A stretch of 64,000 bases of DNA, taken from Malacoraja senta (Eukaryota). Of this stretch, positions 49,701 to 61,843 are shown one piece after another. Both the position numbers and the translations under genes were made by a program. The stretch lies in contig CM075980.1 in assembly GCA_038087875.1 (NCBI GenBank), forward strand, positions 10,416,001 to 10,480,000, read 5' to 3'. The stretch's first letter is position 1; every line of letters begins with the position of its first letter. The notes beneath the pieces are model-generated. The model did no database searches. It had not been told where the DNA came from and was given only the letters and a program-made list of their open reading frames with translations.

Positions 49701-50698
49701 ATGCTTTCTCGCTACATTGGGGTGGTATGTTTTCATATATATTTCCACCTTTCTGCCTCATAAGCCAATGTTTGCTTAAAATCAGGCAAGATGCTGCTTC
49801 AGGGGTATTGGGAGTACCAGATTGGCCTACACAGCCATGGTATCCGTTGATATTAGAATTAACAACACAAATGTTGATGAAAGTCCCAAAAAGGAGTAAT
49901 TTATTGCTGCACCCTGTAACAGGGGAACAACATCCATTATATGATCGTTTGGATTTGTTGATTTGCAGGTTTTAAGAAGGTCTTTTCTGGGGCGAGGACT
50001 GTCTGAGCGTACTGTGGACATGCTTACGGCAGCCTGGAGGAAGAGCACTCAAAAACAGTACCTTTCTTATATTAAGAAATGGGAAGAGTTCTGTGTGCAA
50101 AAGAATGTGCAATGTAGTACTGCAGATATTTCAAATGTTTAGAATTTCTGTCAAAACTTTATTATGATGAAGGTCTGAGTTGTAGTGCAATTAATTCAGC
50201 CAGAAGTGCATTGTCCTCATATTTGGTTCTGGATTCAGAAAGAAACTCAATTGGGTCACACCCAATTGTTTCCAGACTAATGAAAGGAATCTTTAATTCC
50301 AAACCACCGAAACCTAGGTATGTGACAATCTGGGATGTAAGTGTGGTACTGAAACTACTTTGTGAATGGTCATCAAGTGTGTCTTTACCTTTGGTCAAGC
50401 TCAGTATGAAAGTATTCATGCTTATGGCATGAGTGACAGCACAACGAGTGCAAACACTTGGAAAATTACAAATCGACAGTATGGAAGTAACTGAAGACAA
50501 GGTTACATTCTATATCTATGACCTACTAAAGCAAATTAGGCCAGGTGTGACAGGATTTAAAATTATGCTAGCAGCATATCCAAATGATCCTTGTCTCTGT
50601 GTTAAGACATATTTGTTACAATACATTGAGGTCACAAAGAATTTGAGAAATACGGAAACTGGGTTGTTGATCACACACAAGAAACCACACAAGAGAGT

Positions 50699-50733
<35 letters not shown>

Positions 50734-52135
50734 TTATTTATTAGAAGTACATTACATCACAGCCACATACATTAATACTCGTCATTTATATCTTCTTACA
50801 ATTAATGTACTCCCTTTATTTATTTTTTTACACTAAAGAAAGAAAAGATTGAAAGAGAGAAGAAAGTGAAGGAAAAAGTGCAAGTGTAGAAAAGTGTAGA
50901 AAATGTAACAACAAAAAAGGACGAAGACCCTATGAGAGCGAAATTAAAAACAAAAAGAAAAAGAGTTAAGAAATAGGCCCTAAGAAAAGAAAAGAGAAAG
51001 AGAAAAATAGAAAAACAAATGTTTTTTTTTGAGCATCACGTAAATAGGACATACCAACTCTTCAACTATCATCCCCCCTTACCCGACCTCAATTTTTTAT
51101 TTTTTTAAAGTACTTTTGCACCCTATGTTTGTAATAATTCTATAAATGCAGACCACGTCAGGTGGAAGTGATCTGGTTTACCTGCTAGGAGGAGTCTTAT
51201 CTCTTCAAGGTGTAGTGTTTCAAACATATTTGAAATCCACATATTTATAGTTGGTATTGGAGCCTTCTTCCAAAATTTTAGAATTAGCTTTTTTCCAGTT
51301 ATTAACCCATAATCCATTAATTTCTTTTGAAACACATTTAGTTCTGGATCATCTTCCGATATTCCGAAGAACAAGAGAGTTTCAATGCAGACTATTTCCA
51401 GATGGATAAAAGAAGTCTTAACAGCTGCTGGTAGTAACACTTATGTTTTTACGACTCATTCGTCTAGGGCAGCAGAAACGTCGGCGGCCAGGGCAAAAGA
51501 CGTCCCCATCGACCATATCCTCGCAGCCGCAGGGTGGTCCAATGAGTTGATGTTTCAACATTTTTACCATCGGCCCATTGTTAATGCGGGATTGTTTGCA
51601 GAAACTATTTTAAGTTCTGTGTAAATTCCTCTGGTTTAAAGGGGATCTGATTAATTTCATTATTGAAATGAATTACTGCATTTGTGGTACAAATGTTATT
51701 ATGAATGCATGATTGATTATTCTCGTTCCGAGTCAATCAATGCAGTGAGAAGCCGGGATTGATCTACGGCTTGAAATCACAAAGCTTTAAAATCTTCACA
51801 TAGTCACTCACGTGACTCCGAAGTAAAATAGTAAGATTAAACGAGAACTTACCTAAGTTTGAAGTTTGATCTTTATTTTATGAGGAGTTACGTAGGTGAT
51901 TACATGCCCACCACGACCCTACCCTCTATCATAAAGGTCAGATGGAAGTTGTATTACTCGTTTTATTATGAGACTATCTTACTTCGGTTGTTGTTTTTTG
52001 TGATTTCACACCGCTGCTTTGAAGATTGACGCGCAGGCGCACTGGCGGGGTTCTTCACGTAATCACCTATGTAACTCCTCATAAAATAAAGATCAAACTT
52101 CAATCTTAGGTAAGTTCTCGTTTAATCTTACTAAT
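46744..52135 (+). mobile_element. DIRS1-type retrotransposon, second subfamily, both ends present, interrupted by an L1
   Basis: A 46744-46774, B 46775-46806, ICR A'+C 51801-51906, B' 52026-52059, C' 52060-52133. RT (KKDGGCRIIIDL, LPNGLTSAPRIFTK, YLDD), RNase H (TDASALGWGA, INYLELL), MT-like (YIFPPF) and YR (AQRVQTL, HSSRAA, GWS..FYHRP). Confidence 0.95.
50702..51370 (-). mobile_element. 5'-truncated L1/Tx1 copy inserted in the DIRS YR gene; same family as 40447-41654
   Basis: 13-bp TSD ACAAGAGAGTTTC at 50689-50701 and 51371-51383; long poly(T) at 50702-50728. Confidence 0.95.
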
Positions 52136-52137
52136 AG

Positions 52138-52430
52138 TTTCGTTTAGTTTAGAAATACAGCGTGGAAACAGGCCCTTCGGCCCACCGAGTCCGCGCCGAC
52201 CAGCGATCACTCGTATATTAGGTCTATCTTGCACACTAGGGACAATTTCAGAAGCCAATTCACCTACAAACCTGCAGGTCCCCGGAATGTGGGAGGAAAC
52301 AAGAGCACCCGGAGAAATCCCACGCGGTTACCCACGTACAAACTCCGTACAGACAGCAACCGTTGTCAGGATCGAACCCGGGTCTCAGACGCTGTGAGGT
52401 AGCAACTATATTCCTGCACCACTATGCCAG
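52138..52430 (-). mobile_element. HE1-like SINE
   Basis: Minus strand GGCATAGTGGTGCAGG..GGTTCGATCCTGAC..; tail CTAAACTAAACG. Confidence 0.85.
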
Positions 52431-53039
52431 CGCTGCGCGGCCCAATTTCAACAGAGACTGCACTTGTAACTCCGACGGTTAATGTGCCTTGTGTGGAGCA
52501 GCACAGAAATCATTATTAGTTGTCTAAAGACAGTTACTGTCCGATCATTTGTTTTTGAAAGTGTTGACATGGGGGGTTGTTGTTGAAATAAAAATATAAT
52601 AAAAATCAGGATGGGCACCCGCCAACTCATCATATTGCCCCACGTCAAAGAAGATACTTCGAAGTTATTGTTGAATATGGAAGAAATAAATAATGTCATA
52701 TTGCAAGCCAGCAAGTATTATTTGGATAAATAGGAGCGAGAAAAACAATTATAATCTCTTTATAATACTGATGGCGAATTATTGAATATCTGCCGCAGAG
52801 GAGGCCATTTATCCAATGCCTGTGCCGGTCCAACGCTTGATCCAGAGCCCTGTGGGTCATTCTTCTTTGAATGATGCCCAAGTATTTTGTCAGCATGACG
52901 AGGGTTTATTACTCTGCCACACCGACATAACCATTCACCATTGTTCGTCGATGTGGGCAAGTTGAGCCGATGGACCTGTTTCCACGCTATATGGCTCTAT
53001 ATCTCTATGCCTCCACGACACTGGGTGAACACATGTTCT

Positions 53040-53720
53040 GAATCTCCTGCTAACATCTTAGATCTATTCCCCCTCAGTTTTGAATCTTCTGCTGAAAAAT
53101 ATTTTCGATTGACTCTACCAATGATAATACAGCTCAATTCAATCTCAATTTAGCTTAATTTTCCCAAATAAAACAACCCCAGCCCAAGCAATCTTTCCAC
53201 ACAGCTACAATTTTCCAGTGTGGAAACATGCTCGTAAAACTATCCTGTGCAATGTTCTGACCAGAACTGGATACATCACCCAGACGGTGGTCTAACTCGC
53301 ATAGTACACAGGTCTAATATGAATTCCTTACTTTAATGTTCTACGCCCTAGTTTATAACGGACGGCATTCCGTATTCCGTTTCAACCATCTCCGTGACTT
53401 AGCTTGAAAGCGTTAATGGTCTGTGGACGTGCACTACATGATCCGTTTGTTCCACGAATCCACACTAGTTAAAAAAAAGATATTGAGTATTTCCTTCTCT
53501 AGTACATGGCCTTATATTCCTCTGATTTAAATTTCCTCTGCTACTTTCCTATCTAACAGAACGGCAATCTAATGTTTCCTTCTCAGTGTCAGACACTCGG
53601 CCAACTTTACATCATTTAGAAATCTCTACATTTCACCCTGATTTGAAAGTGAACGGAAACATCGTTTCCGTAAAATAAGCTGCCGGTTTATTTCCGACTC
53701 GCATTAATGTAGGCTATGAC
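53040..53720 (-). mobile_element. Old CR1 fragment
   Basis: Decayed RT C-terminal sequence (CCAGAACTGGATACATCA.., CATTTAGAAAT..). Confidence 0.55.
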
Positions 53721-54258
53721 TAACCAGGAAAGAGGATTTTGCAGATAGATTTAGTCATCTTGGTGTTATAAAAGAACAGTGTTTTTCCCCCCGTGCTTGG
53801 CGCCAAGAAGTAATCTAGCCTAGGGGATTATATGGGGGGGGGGAGGAGGAGGGGGGTGATAGGTTTATTATTCAAAAATACACAAAGTGCTGGAGTTACT
53901 CAGCGGATCAAGCAGCATCTCTGGAGAACTTGGATAAGTAACGTTTCGGGTCGAGACCTCAGTATTATAGCGCAATAAACACATAAACAGTGTCATATTG
54001 CTTTGTCCTTATTATGCTTTGGCGTACATGCTTATTAAGATTTCCTCCGAATGCATGGCATTTGCTCACACATTCTCAGTTCCTTTTTAAAACTTGGCAA
54101 ATTGTCAACGTATTTTCTTCAGTGCAATTACAGTTCATGATTTGAAACACTCAGCAAAGTTTCTACTTTATAATCGCTATGGCAGCAAAACAGAAACAAG
54201 AGGAACTTTTTACTTCACTTATAACGGGAACGTTCCGCTGTTGCACTCATATTCGTAG

Positions 54259-54360
54259 ACGACAGTCAATCAGATCGAATGGCCCTCGAAAATCCTTCTA
54301 ACGACGCCTTGCAGAATTTATGCATTTGTGACAACGAAAACTCTGTATTATTCAAAACCG
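54259..54360 (+). CDS. Candidate stalk/hinge exon of an unidentified type I membrane protein
   Basis: CATATTCGTAG|AC...AAAACCG|GTAATT; 102 nt, phase 1-1; (D)DSQSDRMALENPSNDALQNLCICDNENSVLFKT(G) with a CxC motif. Confidence 0.5.
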
Positions 54361-54441
54361 GTAATTATTATGTCAATTGTAAACACTTGCAGTATGAAAT
54401 TATTTACTGCTTAATTTCAATTAATTTCAATATACATTCAG

Positions 54442-54555
54442 GCTCAGAATGGACTCGATTGATGAAACCGAGGCAAGGGGAAATAATTGTGAGGATCACT
54501 GTCACGTTGTGTCTAATTGGCCTGGGAGTACTAACAGCACTGTCTATTATTGCAT
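54442..54555 (+). CDS. Candidate transmembrane exon with an Arg near the N-terminal end of the helix
   Basis: CATTCAG|GC...GCAT|GTAAGT; 114 nt, phase 1-1; (G)SEWTRLMKPRQGEIIVRITVTLCLIGLGVLTALSIIA. The intervening intron is 81 nt. Confidence 0.55.
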
Positions 54556-55274
54556 GTAAGTATTGTTCTTCTGGCAGTATACATGTCCCTCTGCGATATA
54601 AAACAGGCAGCACGGTGCGTGCGATCAGTTATACGCCCCGCTAATAATTAATCGATGTCAACAGAGCCGACCCCAATCGGCGCCCGATACCACACTTTCC
54701 GCTTGGCGATACCCCCACCCCATCGAACTATTGTCTAACCATATTTCTGCATAACTTGCTACCAGTCTACCTTCTGCCAAGCACAAATTCCACCACTGTT
54801 TGTGAACTCTGCGGTATATTTAACCCATCCAAATTGTCTGCTCACCACCTTCCGATGGGTAATGTTTCTATTCTCGGGAGGTGTGACATCGGAAGCAATA
54901 GGCTCACTGTCAGATAAATCACTCTCACGCTCTCTAATACGAGAAAACGCACCCAGCTTGTCTATACGGATCATTTAAAGCGAATATTGGCAAATCGCTT
55001 TAGAATTTGAATGGACGGGGCGATCAAAGATATCGGTATCCCACTCTTAAACTGTGTGTGTAATTGTACGCTCTGCTCTTTCCGTGTGGTAGTAAACACT
55101 GCACAGCAACGGTGTTGGTTTGGGATATTTGGGGAACATTACGTTCTCCAGTGGATTCAATCCGTTCTCCGCTTGAGAACTTCTACGGAAATTATTGGCT
55201 GCTGTTCACATAGTCCAGCGCTGCTGAAAAAATCATGTAGCGTAGATGCGTTCATGGCGCTGTCTTTTCAATAG

Positions 55275-55372
55275 GTGATTACTCTGACCTGAACATTTCA
55301 GAGAGGACTTCTAGTAGACCATGGCATTGGAGTAGAATTGGGCCATTCGTCCCGTCGAGTCCGCTAGATTAG
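55275..55372 (+). CDS. Possible cytoplasmic exon with YxxL (DYSDL)
   Basis: TGTCTTTTCAATAG|GT GAT TAC TCT GAC CTG is phase-compatible with the TM exon; the 3' half runs into TE-derived sequence. Confidence 0.25.
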
Positions 55373-55376
55373 ATCA

Positions 55377-55696
55377 GGGCGGCACAGTGGCGCAGCGGTG
55401 GAGTTGCTGCCTTACAGCGCTTGCAGCGCCAGAGAGCCGGATTCGATCCCGACTACGGGGACTGTCTGTACGGAGTTTGTAAGTTCTCCCCGTGACCCGC
55501 GTGGGTTTTCTCCGAGATCTTCGGTCTCCTCCCACACTCCCAAAACGTACTGGTTTGTAGGTTAATTGGCTTGGTAATTGTAAAAATTGTCCCTAGTGTG
55601 TGTAGGATAGTGTTAATGTGCGGGGATCGCTCGCCGGCGCGGACTCGGTGGGCCTGTTCCCGCGCTGTATCTCTAAACTAAACTAAACTAAACTAA
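55377..55696 (+). mobile_element. Full-length HE1-like tRNA-derived SINE
   Basis: GGGCGGCACAGTGGCGCAGCGG (A box), GATTCGATCCC (B box), central core and (AAACT)n tail. Confidence 0.9.
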
Positions 55697-55699
55697 AAA

Positions 55700-56300
55700 G
55701 CTGATCATCTTCTCTCCCTCAGTCCCATCCCTCTGCCTTCTCCCCGTAACCTTTGACGCCCTTATTCATCAAGAACCTACCAATCTCTGCATTAAAAATA
55801 CCCAATGATTTGTCCTCCATCGCTGTTCGTGGGAATGCTTTATCAACCTCTGGCTATGGAAATTCCTCCACATCTCCAATCTAAAGGTACGTCTTCATAT
55901 TCAGAGGCTGTGCCCTCTGGTCCCAGATCCCAAATCAAATATATGTCATTACACAACTCCAAATCCAGAATTGTCTTTTCCCTGGAGGGCTCGACCAGGA
56001 GCTGCTCTAAAAAGCCATCTCATAGCAATTCTACAAATTCCTTCTCTTGGGATCTAGTACCAACTTGACTTTCCTATTCTACCTGCATATTGATATCCCC
56101 CATGACCACCGTAACATTGCCTTCCTCCATGCATTTTCTACATCCTGATGTATTTTGTCGTGACTGTTATTCGGAAGCCTGGATATAACCCCCCTCGGCG
56201 TCTTTTTACCCATGCAGTTTCTTAACCCTACCCACAGGGATTCTACATCTTCTGATCCTGTGTAATTTTTTTGCTAAAGATTTGATTTTTTTCTATGACA
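55700..56300 (-). mobile_element. CR1 3'-end and endonuclease-region fragments
   Basis: CTGATCATCTTCTCTCCC..TCAAGAACC tail motif; minus-strand GDINMQVE remnant at ~56080-56100. Confidence 0.5.
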
Positions 56301-56904
56301 TCTGAGGTCACCCCACCACCTCTTCTGAGAGAGGGACAGAGGTGGGGTGGGAATGGCTTTCAGTGCGTTTTTTTTTAGAGCAATTATATTACATCAGCGA
56401 GGACTAATGCACATTCTGGTGATAAAATCAAGCTGCACCAACAGACCAAGGGCGTTACATGTGTCTGTCAATGTGACACTGGACGCGGGGCAAAGACGTT
56501 ACCAGTTTCACTCAAGGTGACCCTGGCTTTCAACGTTCATGCAAGTTGGCTCTTTCCAATCTGCTCCAATCATCTCGTAATTGGCATTGCAGTCCAAGCG
56601 GCGCCTCTGACGATCCCTTACACACGGGCTAACAGTTCAATATTACATCAATCTGCCAGAGGCAAACGGGAGAGTTTTCATGAACCATCGGCGCCTCCTT
56701 AACGCAAGCTTTCACCGAGCGCATGCATATTGCGCCCGAATGTGAATTCAGCCGCTTTTGTGAACGCTGCGATGCCTTCTATGCATTTTACGTGCACTAT
56801 CAAGGAAAATTCAAAATCCATTTCGTTTGCCATATTTGGTACAGCTGGAAGAGCTGCTGCCTCGCAACGTCAGAGATCCGTGTTCGAAATAACCTTGGAT
56901 GCTG

Positions 56905-57125
56905 TAAATGTGGACATTGCACGTTCTCATTGTAACCGCGTTGGTTTCCTCTGGGTGCTCCAGTTTCTTTCCACAGCCTGCATCGTACGCTCATTTGGGC
57001 TATGTAAATTGCCCCTAGAGTTTAGGGGAATGGATGCGAAAGTGGTATAACATAGACCTTGTGTGTACGGGTGATCGATGATCGGCATGGCTAGGTGGGC
57101 CGAAGGGGTTGTATCATTCAATCCA
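56905..57125 (+). mobile_element. Partial HE1-like SINE
   Basis: GGTTTCCTCTGGGTGCTCCAGTTTC..GTAAATTGCCCCTAG..GGGCCGAAGGGG. Confidence 0.65.
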
Positions 57126-58364
57126 TTAATTCATTATCTGATACCATGAATTATGCAGAATCCATTATCCAGCTTCAGGTGTGACCTGAAATATAAGGTA
57201 CCTGTTGATACTTGCGACTTAGCAAACACCAAACGCTTCTTGAAACACCAGTCGTTTCATCGACTTCCCTCTTGCTTCGAATATAAATATCCACCAGAAA
57301 GTGGACACTTTAATTCAACTATCTAAATTCAAATATTGTGTAAATGTGTTAACTATTCAACCTCAAGGAATAGAGGCAGAAAATGCTGGACATCTCACCA
57401 ATTGGGGCAGCATCTGTTGAGAATTAACGTTTTACATGTGATAAAATATCATCAAGGTGAAAGAATAACTCCGGATCTCTCTGGCCAGCTATGATATTTT
57501 TCAAACCGTCGTTTTCGGAGCTGCGGTGGCGATAGTACCGGTCTTCCCCAGCTCACCAGCGCTCGGCCGGTGCTTACGAACGAGCGGTTGGTTGGTGGAC
57601 CGAAGGGACGGGCGTGACGGCTCCTGTGTGGCTGTTCTTGGCATCAGCTGGAACTTCGCCACATTCAACCGTCAATAGAGTAGAACCTCGTCTTCAAAAG
57701 AATGCCATTATTAGCCCGTCACGGGTCCGGGCTAAGCCTGTTAATTTCAGCTTCATTATTATGAAGGCAAAGTGGAAATTTCAAATGCCTCTCGAGACCA
57801 TTTATTTCGATGGAAAAATCCATCTCCACAGTCTTCTTCTGACAGTAAAACCGCGTGCTTTCATTGCAATAACCGGCTGCAGATTCGTGGGATGCACTCG
57901 GAGAACTGTCAAACTGCTATGTTGTACTTAAGAAAGTACTGCAGATGCTGGAAAATCGAAGGTAGACAAAAGTGCTGGAGAAACTCTACTTACTGTATTC
58001 GTTCAATGGTAAAGCTGAACAGTTAATTACTTCTGATTGTAAGCAGGTTTTGTTTCTGAAATATAACACACTTTTCAATATGTAGATATGAAGATTTCTG
58101 TTGATGTTAAAGAACTTCAAGATTCATTTAAAAGCGTCAATGGACTAAGCACACGCCAAGGAAATGGTAAGCGAGTAGCTACCACAAGGAACAATAAATG
58201 TATCTTTCGATCCTGGCTCTTCGCTATTCCATATGTTTTCCTTCTTTCTAAAATGTAGTCTCATCAGTGTCAATGAAACCAAATTCTGGAAGCACTACAA
58301 TCAGGAGTGGGGTTCTATGCCCATTTAAACAGCTATTACGGATACATGGAGCGTTTGCTTCTTG

Positions 58365-59400
58365 GACTAGATATAAGGTTATAAGGTCACAGGTAACAGG
58401 GGCAGAATTAGGTCATTCGGCCCATCAAATCTACTCCGCCATTCAATCGTGGCTGATTTATCCCTTCCTCCTAAGGCAATTCTCTTGTCTTCTCCCCATA
58501 ACTCCTGACACCCGTACTGATCAAGAATCTGTCTATTTCTGCCTTAAAAATATCCATTGACAGTGCCTCCACAGCGTTCTATGGCAAAGGATTCCACAGA
58601 TTCATCACCCTCTGACTAAAGAAATTCCTTCTCATCTCCTTCCTAAAGTAAAGTCCTTTAATTCTGAGGCTGTGACCTCCAGTCCTAGACTCTCCCACTA
58701 GCAGTTGAGTGGATGAGTGGTTGAGTGAATAACGTGGTTCACTACTGAGATTGGCGCTAGAGAGTCAACATGATTTATAATTTATACAAATAATTTAGAT
58801 GAAGGCACGGTTGGTTTTGATGTACAGTCTCTGTTGTACATATTTACATCCTTCCTGTGTGATGGAAGATTTGGATAGATGGGTTGTTTTATGAAAAGGA
58901 TACCAACGCTTTCCTCGCCAGTAATTTTAAAATGATTGTCCAGCATTGGGACATTATTTTGATTCCCTATTGTAAACAGGGATGCACACAATTATAGCGA
59001 TACTAATCCATTATCACCACCATATCTGGACTAATTGGGAAATTTCCCCAGAGTCACCAAATGTCAAATTTTATAAATAATGCATTCAGTCTGCAGTTCG
59101 ACTTTGGGTAGTTCCAATTTTGTTAAATGCCGTTCACTATCTAATCACAACAAATATAATTACCACCTCATTTATTGTCATGCTGTAGCATTAACTTTGA
59201 AAATGATGGCGGCTGCAAATTATTTATTTAGTATCTTATCAATACCATCTGCCCCTGAGTAAAGATAGGGCTTTTAGACCATAAGTTCTCAGTTACTCCT
59301 TGAATACAATTTTATTATGTTACGTATATAAAATAAATTTGGATTTCCTTTACACTATTCCCTGACCTATTTTAATATTCTCTCTGACCCTGTTATTGTC
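58365..59400 (-). mobile_element. CR1 3' tail plus older CR1 fragments
   Basis: GGCAGAATTAGGTCATTCGGCCCATC tail; decayed KGYQR/RT remnants. Confidence 0.6.
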
Positions 59401-59417
59401 ACCTTCTAGATTTTTAT

Positions 59418-60573
59418 ACATAGAAACATAGAAACATAGAAATTAGGTGCAGGAGTAGGCCATTCGGCCCTTCGAGCCTGCACCGCCATTCAATATGATC
59501 ATGGCTGATCATCCAACTCAGTATCCCGTACCTGCCTTCTCTCCATACCCTCTGATCCCTTTAGCCACAAGGGCCACATCTAGCTCCCTCTTAAATATAG
59601 CCAATGAACTGGCCTCGACTACCCTCTGTGGCAGAGAGTTCCAGAGATTCACCACTCTCTGTGTGAAAAAAGTTCTTCTCATCTCGGTTTTAAAGGATTT
59701 CCCCCTTATCCTTAAGCTGTGACCCCTTGTCCTGGACTTCCCCAACATCGGGAGCAATCTTCCTGCATCTAGCCTGTCCAACCCCTTAAGAATTTTGTAA
59801 GTTTCTATAAGATCCCCTCTCAATCTCCTAAATTCTAGAGAGTATAAACCAAGTCTATCCAGTCTTTCTTCATAAGACAGTCCTGACATCCCAGGAATCA
59901 GTCTGGTGAACCTTCTCTGCACTCCCTCTATGGCAATAATGTCCTTCCTCAGATTTGGAGACCAAAACTGTACGCAATACTCCAGGTGTGGTCTCACCAA
60001 GACCCTGTACAACTGCAGTAGAACCTCCCTGCTCCTATACTCAAATCCTTTTGCTATGAAAGCTAACATACCATTCGCTTTCTTCACTGCCTGCTGCACC
60101 TGCATGCCTACTTTCAATGACTGGTGTACCATGACACCCATGTCTCGCTGCATCTCCCCTTTTCCTAGTCGGCCACCATTTAGAAAATAGTCTGCTTTCC
60201 TGTTTTTGCCACCAAAATGGATAACCTCACATTTATCCACATTATACTGCATTTGCCAAACATTTGCCCACTCACCCAGCCTATCCAAGTCACCTTGCAG
60301 TCTCCTAGCATCCTCCTCACAGCTAACACTGCCCCCCAGCTTAGTGTCAGCCACAAACTTGGAGATATTGCCTTCAATTCCCTCATCCAGGTCATTAATA
60401 TATATTGTAAATAGCTGGGGTCCCAGCACTGAGCCTTGCGGTACCCCACTAGTCACTGCCTGCCATTGTGAAAAGGACCCGTTTACTCCTACTCTTTGCT
60501 TCCTGTTTGCCAGCCAGTTCTCTATCCACATCAATACTGAACCCCCAATGCCATGTGCTTTAAGTTTGTATAC
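59418..60573 (-). mobile_element. Young 5'-truncated CR1 with uninterrupted RT C-terminal ORF (60534-59518, 338 aa)
   Basis: PQGSVLGPQLF, FVADTKLGG, LEYCVQFWSP and RGHSLRI; (ATAGAAAC)n tail at 59418-59442. Confidence 0.95.
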
Positions 60574-60969
60574 TTTTTGTATTCATCTATACCTTCTACA
60601 GAATCAGGCATTTTATGTTTATGATAACGTTCTCTTCAGATGTAATCCCTTTACGTTTTGTCATTTCAAGAGCTCCAAAATATATCAAATATCCTCTTTG
60701 AAAATATGATGTCGTTCAATTAATGTTGTAGCTCATTTTTGTTTTATTCCAAGATTTCCTGGTAAGATCCCTGCGCTAAAGTTAATGTACAATATATAAG
60801 ATGCAATATGCTGGAAATGCTTGTATGACCAGGTCGATTCACAAACAGAGTAGAATGCTGGATGTCATTAATAGTGGCTTGTGTTAAAAGATAATGAACT
60901 TATGACAGGTCAGCCGAACTAAAAGATCACTATGGACTGTTTTGGGCACGATTCTATATTTACAAAAGT

Positions 60970-61180
60970 AAAACTCAAAGTGCTGGGGTAACTCCGCGGG
61001 TCAGGTAGCATCGCTGGGGGCCATAGATTGGCGACGTTTGTGGTCGGACCCGAAAGGTCGCCTATCCATATCCTCCAGTGATGCTGCCTGACGCGCTGAG
61101 TTACTCCAGCACTTTGTGGACACGTAAGTGGGACAGGGGCTTTTGTGTTGCTCGGGTTTCCAGCATCTACAGTTCCTTGT
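60970..61180. mobile_element. Penelope-like terminal repeat pair
   Basis: AAAGTGCTGGGGTAACTCCGCGGGTCAGGTAGCATC and its inverted partner GATGCTGCCTGAC..GAGTTACTCCAGCACTTT. Confidence 0.55.
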
Positions 61181-61843
61181 GTCTCCGATTCACCAAAGGT
61201 GATGTCAAGAGTGGGATGTTAATACTATGAGTACCGAGGCTGTGGAACCTGGAGAAATATTTTTTTCAAGGAATAAAACTACAAATTGTTAAATATTTTG
61301 TCTGAGTGGATGGGGAATTGACTGCTTGCAGAAATGGAGTAATCAGCATGATTTTTAACAGGGTTGAGGGAAACCTGTCCATGCGGAATGTGATTTCTGT
61401 GAATTCAATCTTTCTAAGGGAATGGATAGATTAAAAGTGCATTGCATTTTGTCTAAAGTATTCAAAAGGTAACATTTGGTTTTCTGGTGGCACTGGAATG
61501 GGTGCCGAATCCGCGGCCAAAGTTATGCTGCTCACTCTGTCACAGTTCTTGGCCTGTATTTACAGACTTAAATGTGCCTCAATAAACCTTACATTGATTT
61601 GCTTTGCAAGTCTTCACAGCATGCGAAACTTCAAAATATCCACCAGGTGGCACTCTTTTCCTAATCTATATAATACTAAAATTCTTCGCCTTGTTAGTGG
61701 CTGTGTGTGTGTGTGTGTGAATCTGGTTAATTTTCCTATTTTCCTATTATCTTCCAAACACTGGGCCACAACCTTCCCATTTTCACACATTCTACTCAAA
61801 TTTTTCCCATCGAGGGGATAAACATCTTCTCGTTGCATTCCCA

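Noticed and set aside
55377-55460. tRNA gene (also 41711 and 52370-52430)
   Set aside because: A/B boxes continue into SINE core and tail; no cloverleaf is evident, so these are tRNA-derived SINE heads.
57500-57730. CpG-rich patch with minus-strand ATG..G|GTGAGC as a first exon
   Set aside because: The 29-codon peptide is unrecognisable, no downstream exon was identified, and it abuts probable repeat sequence.
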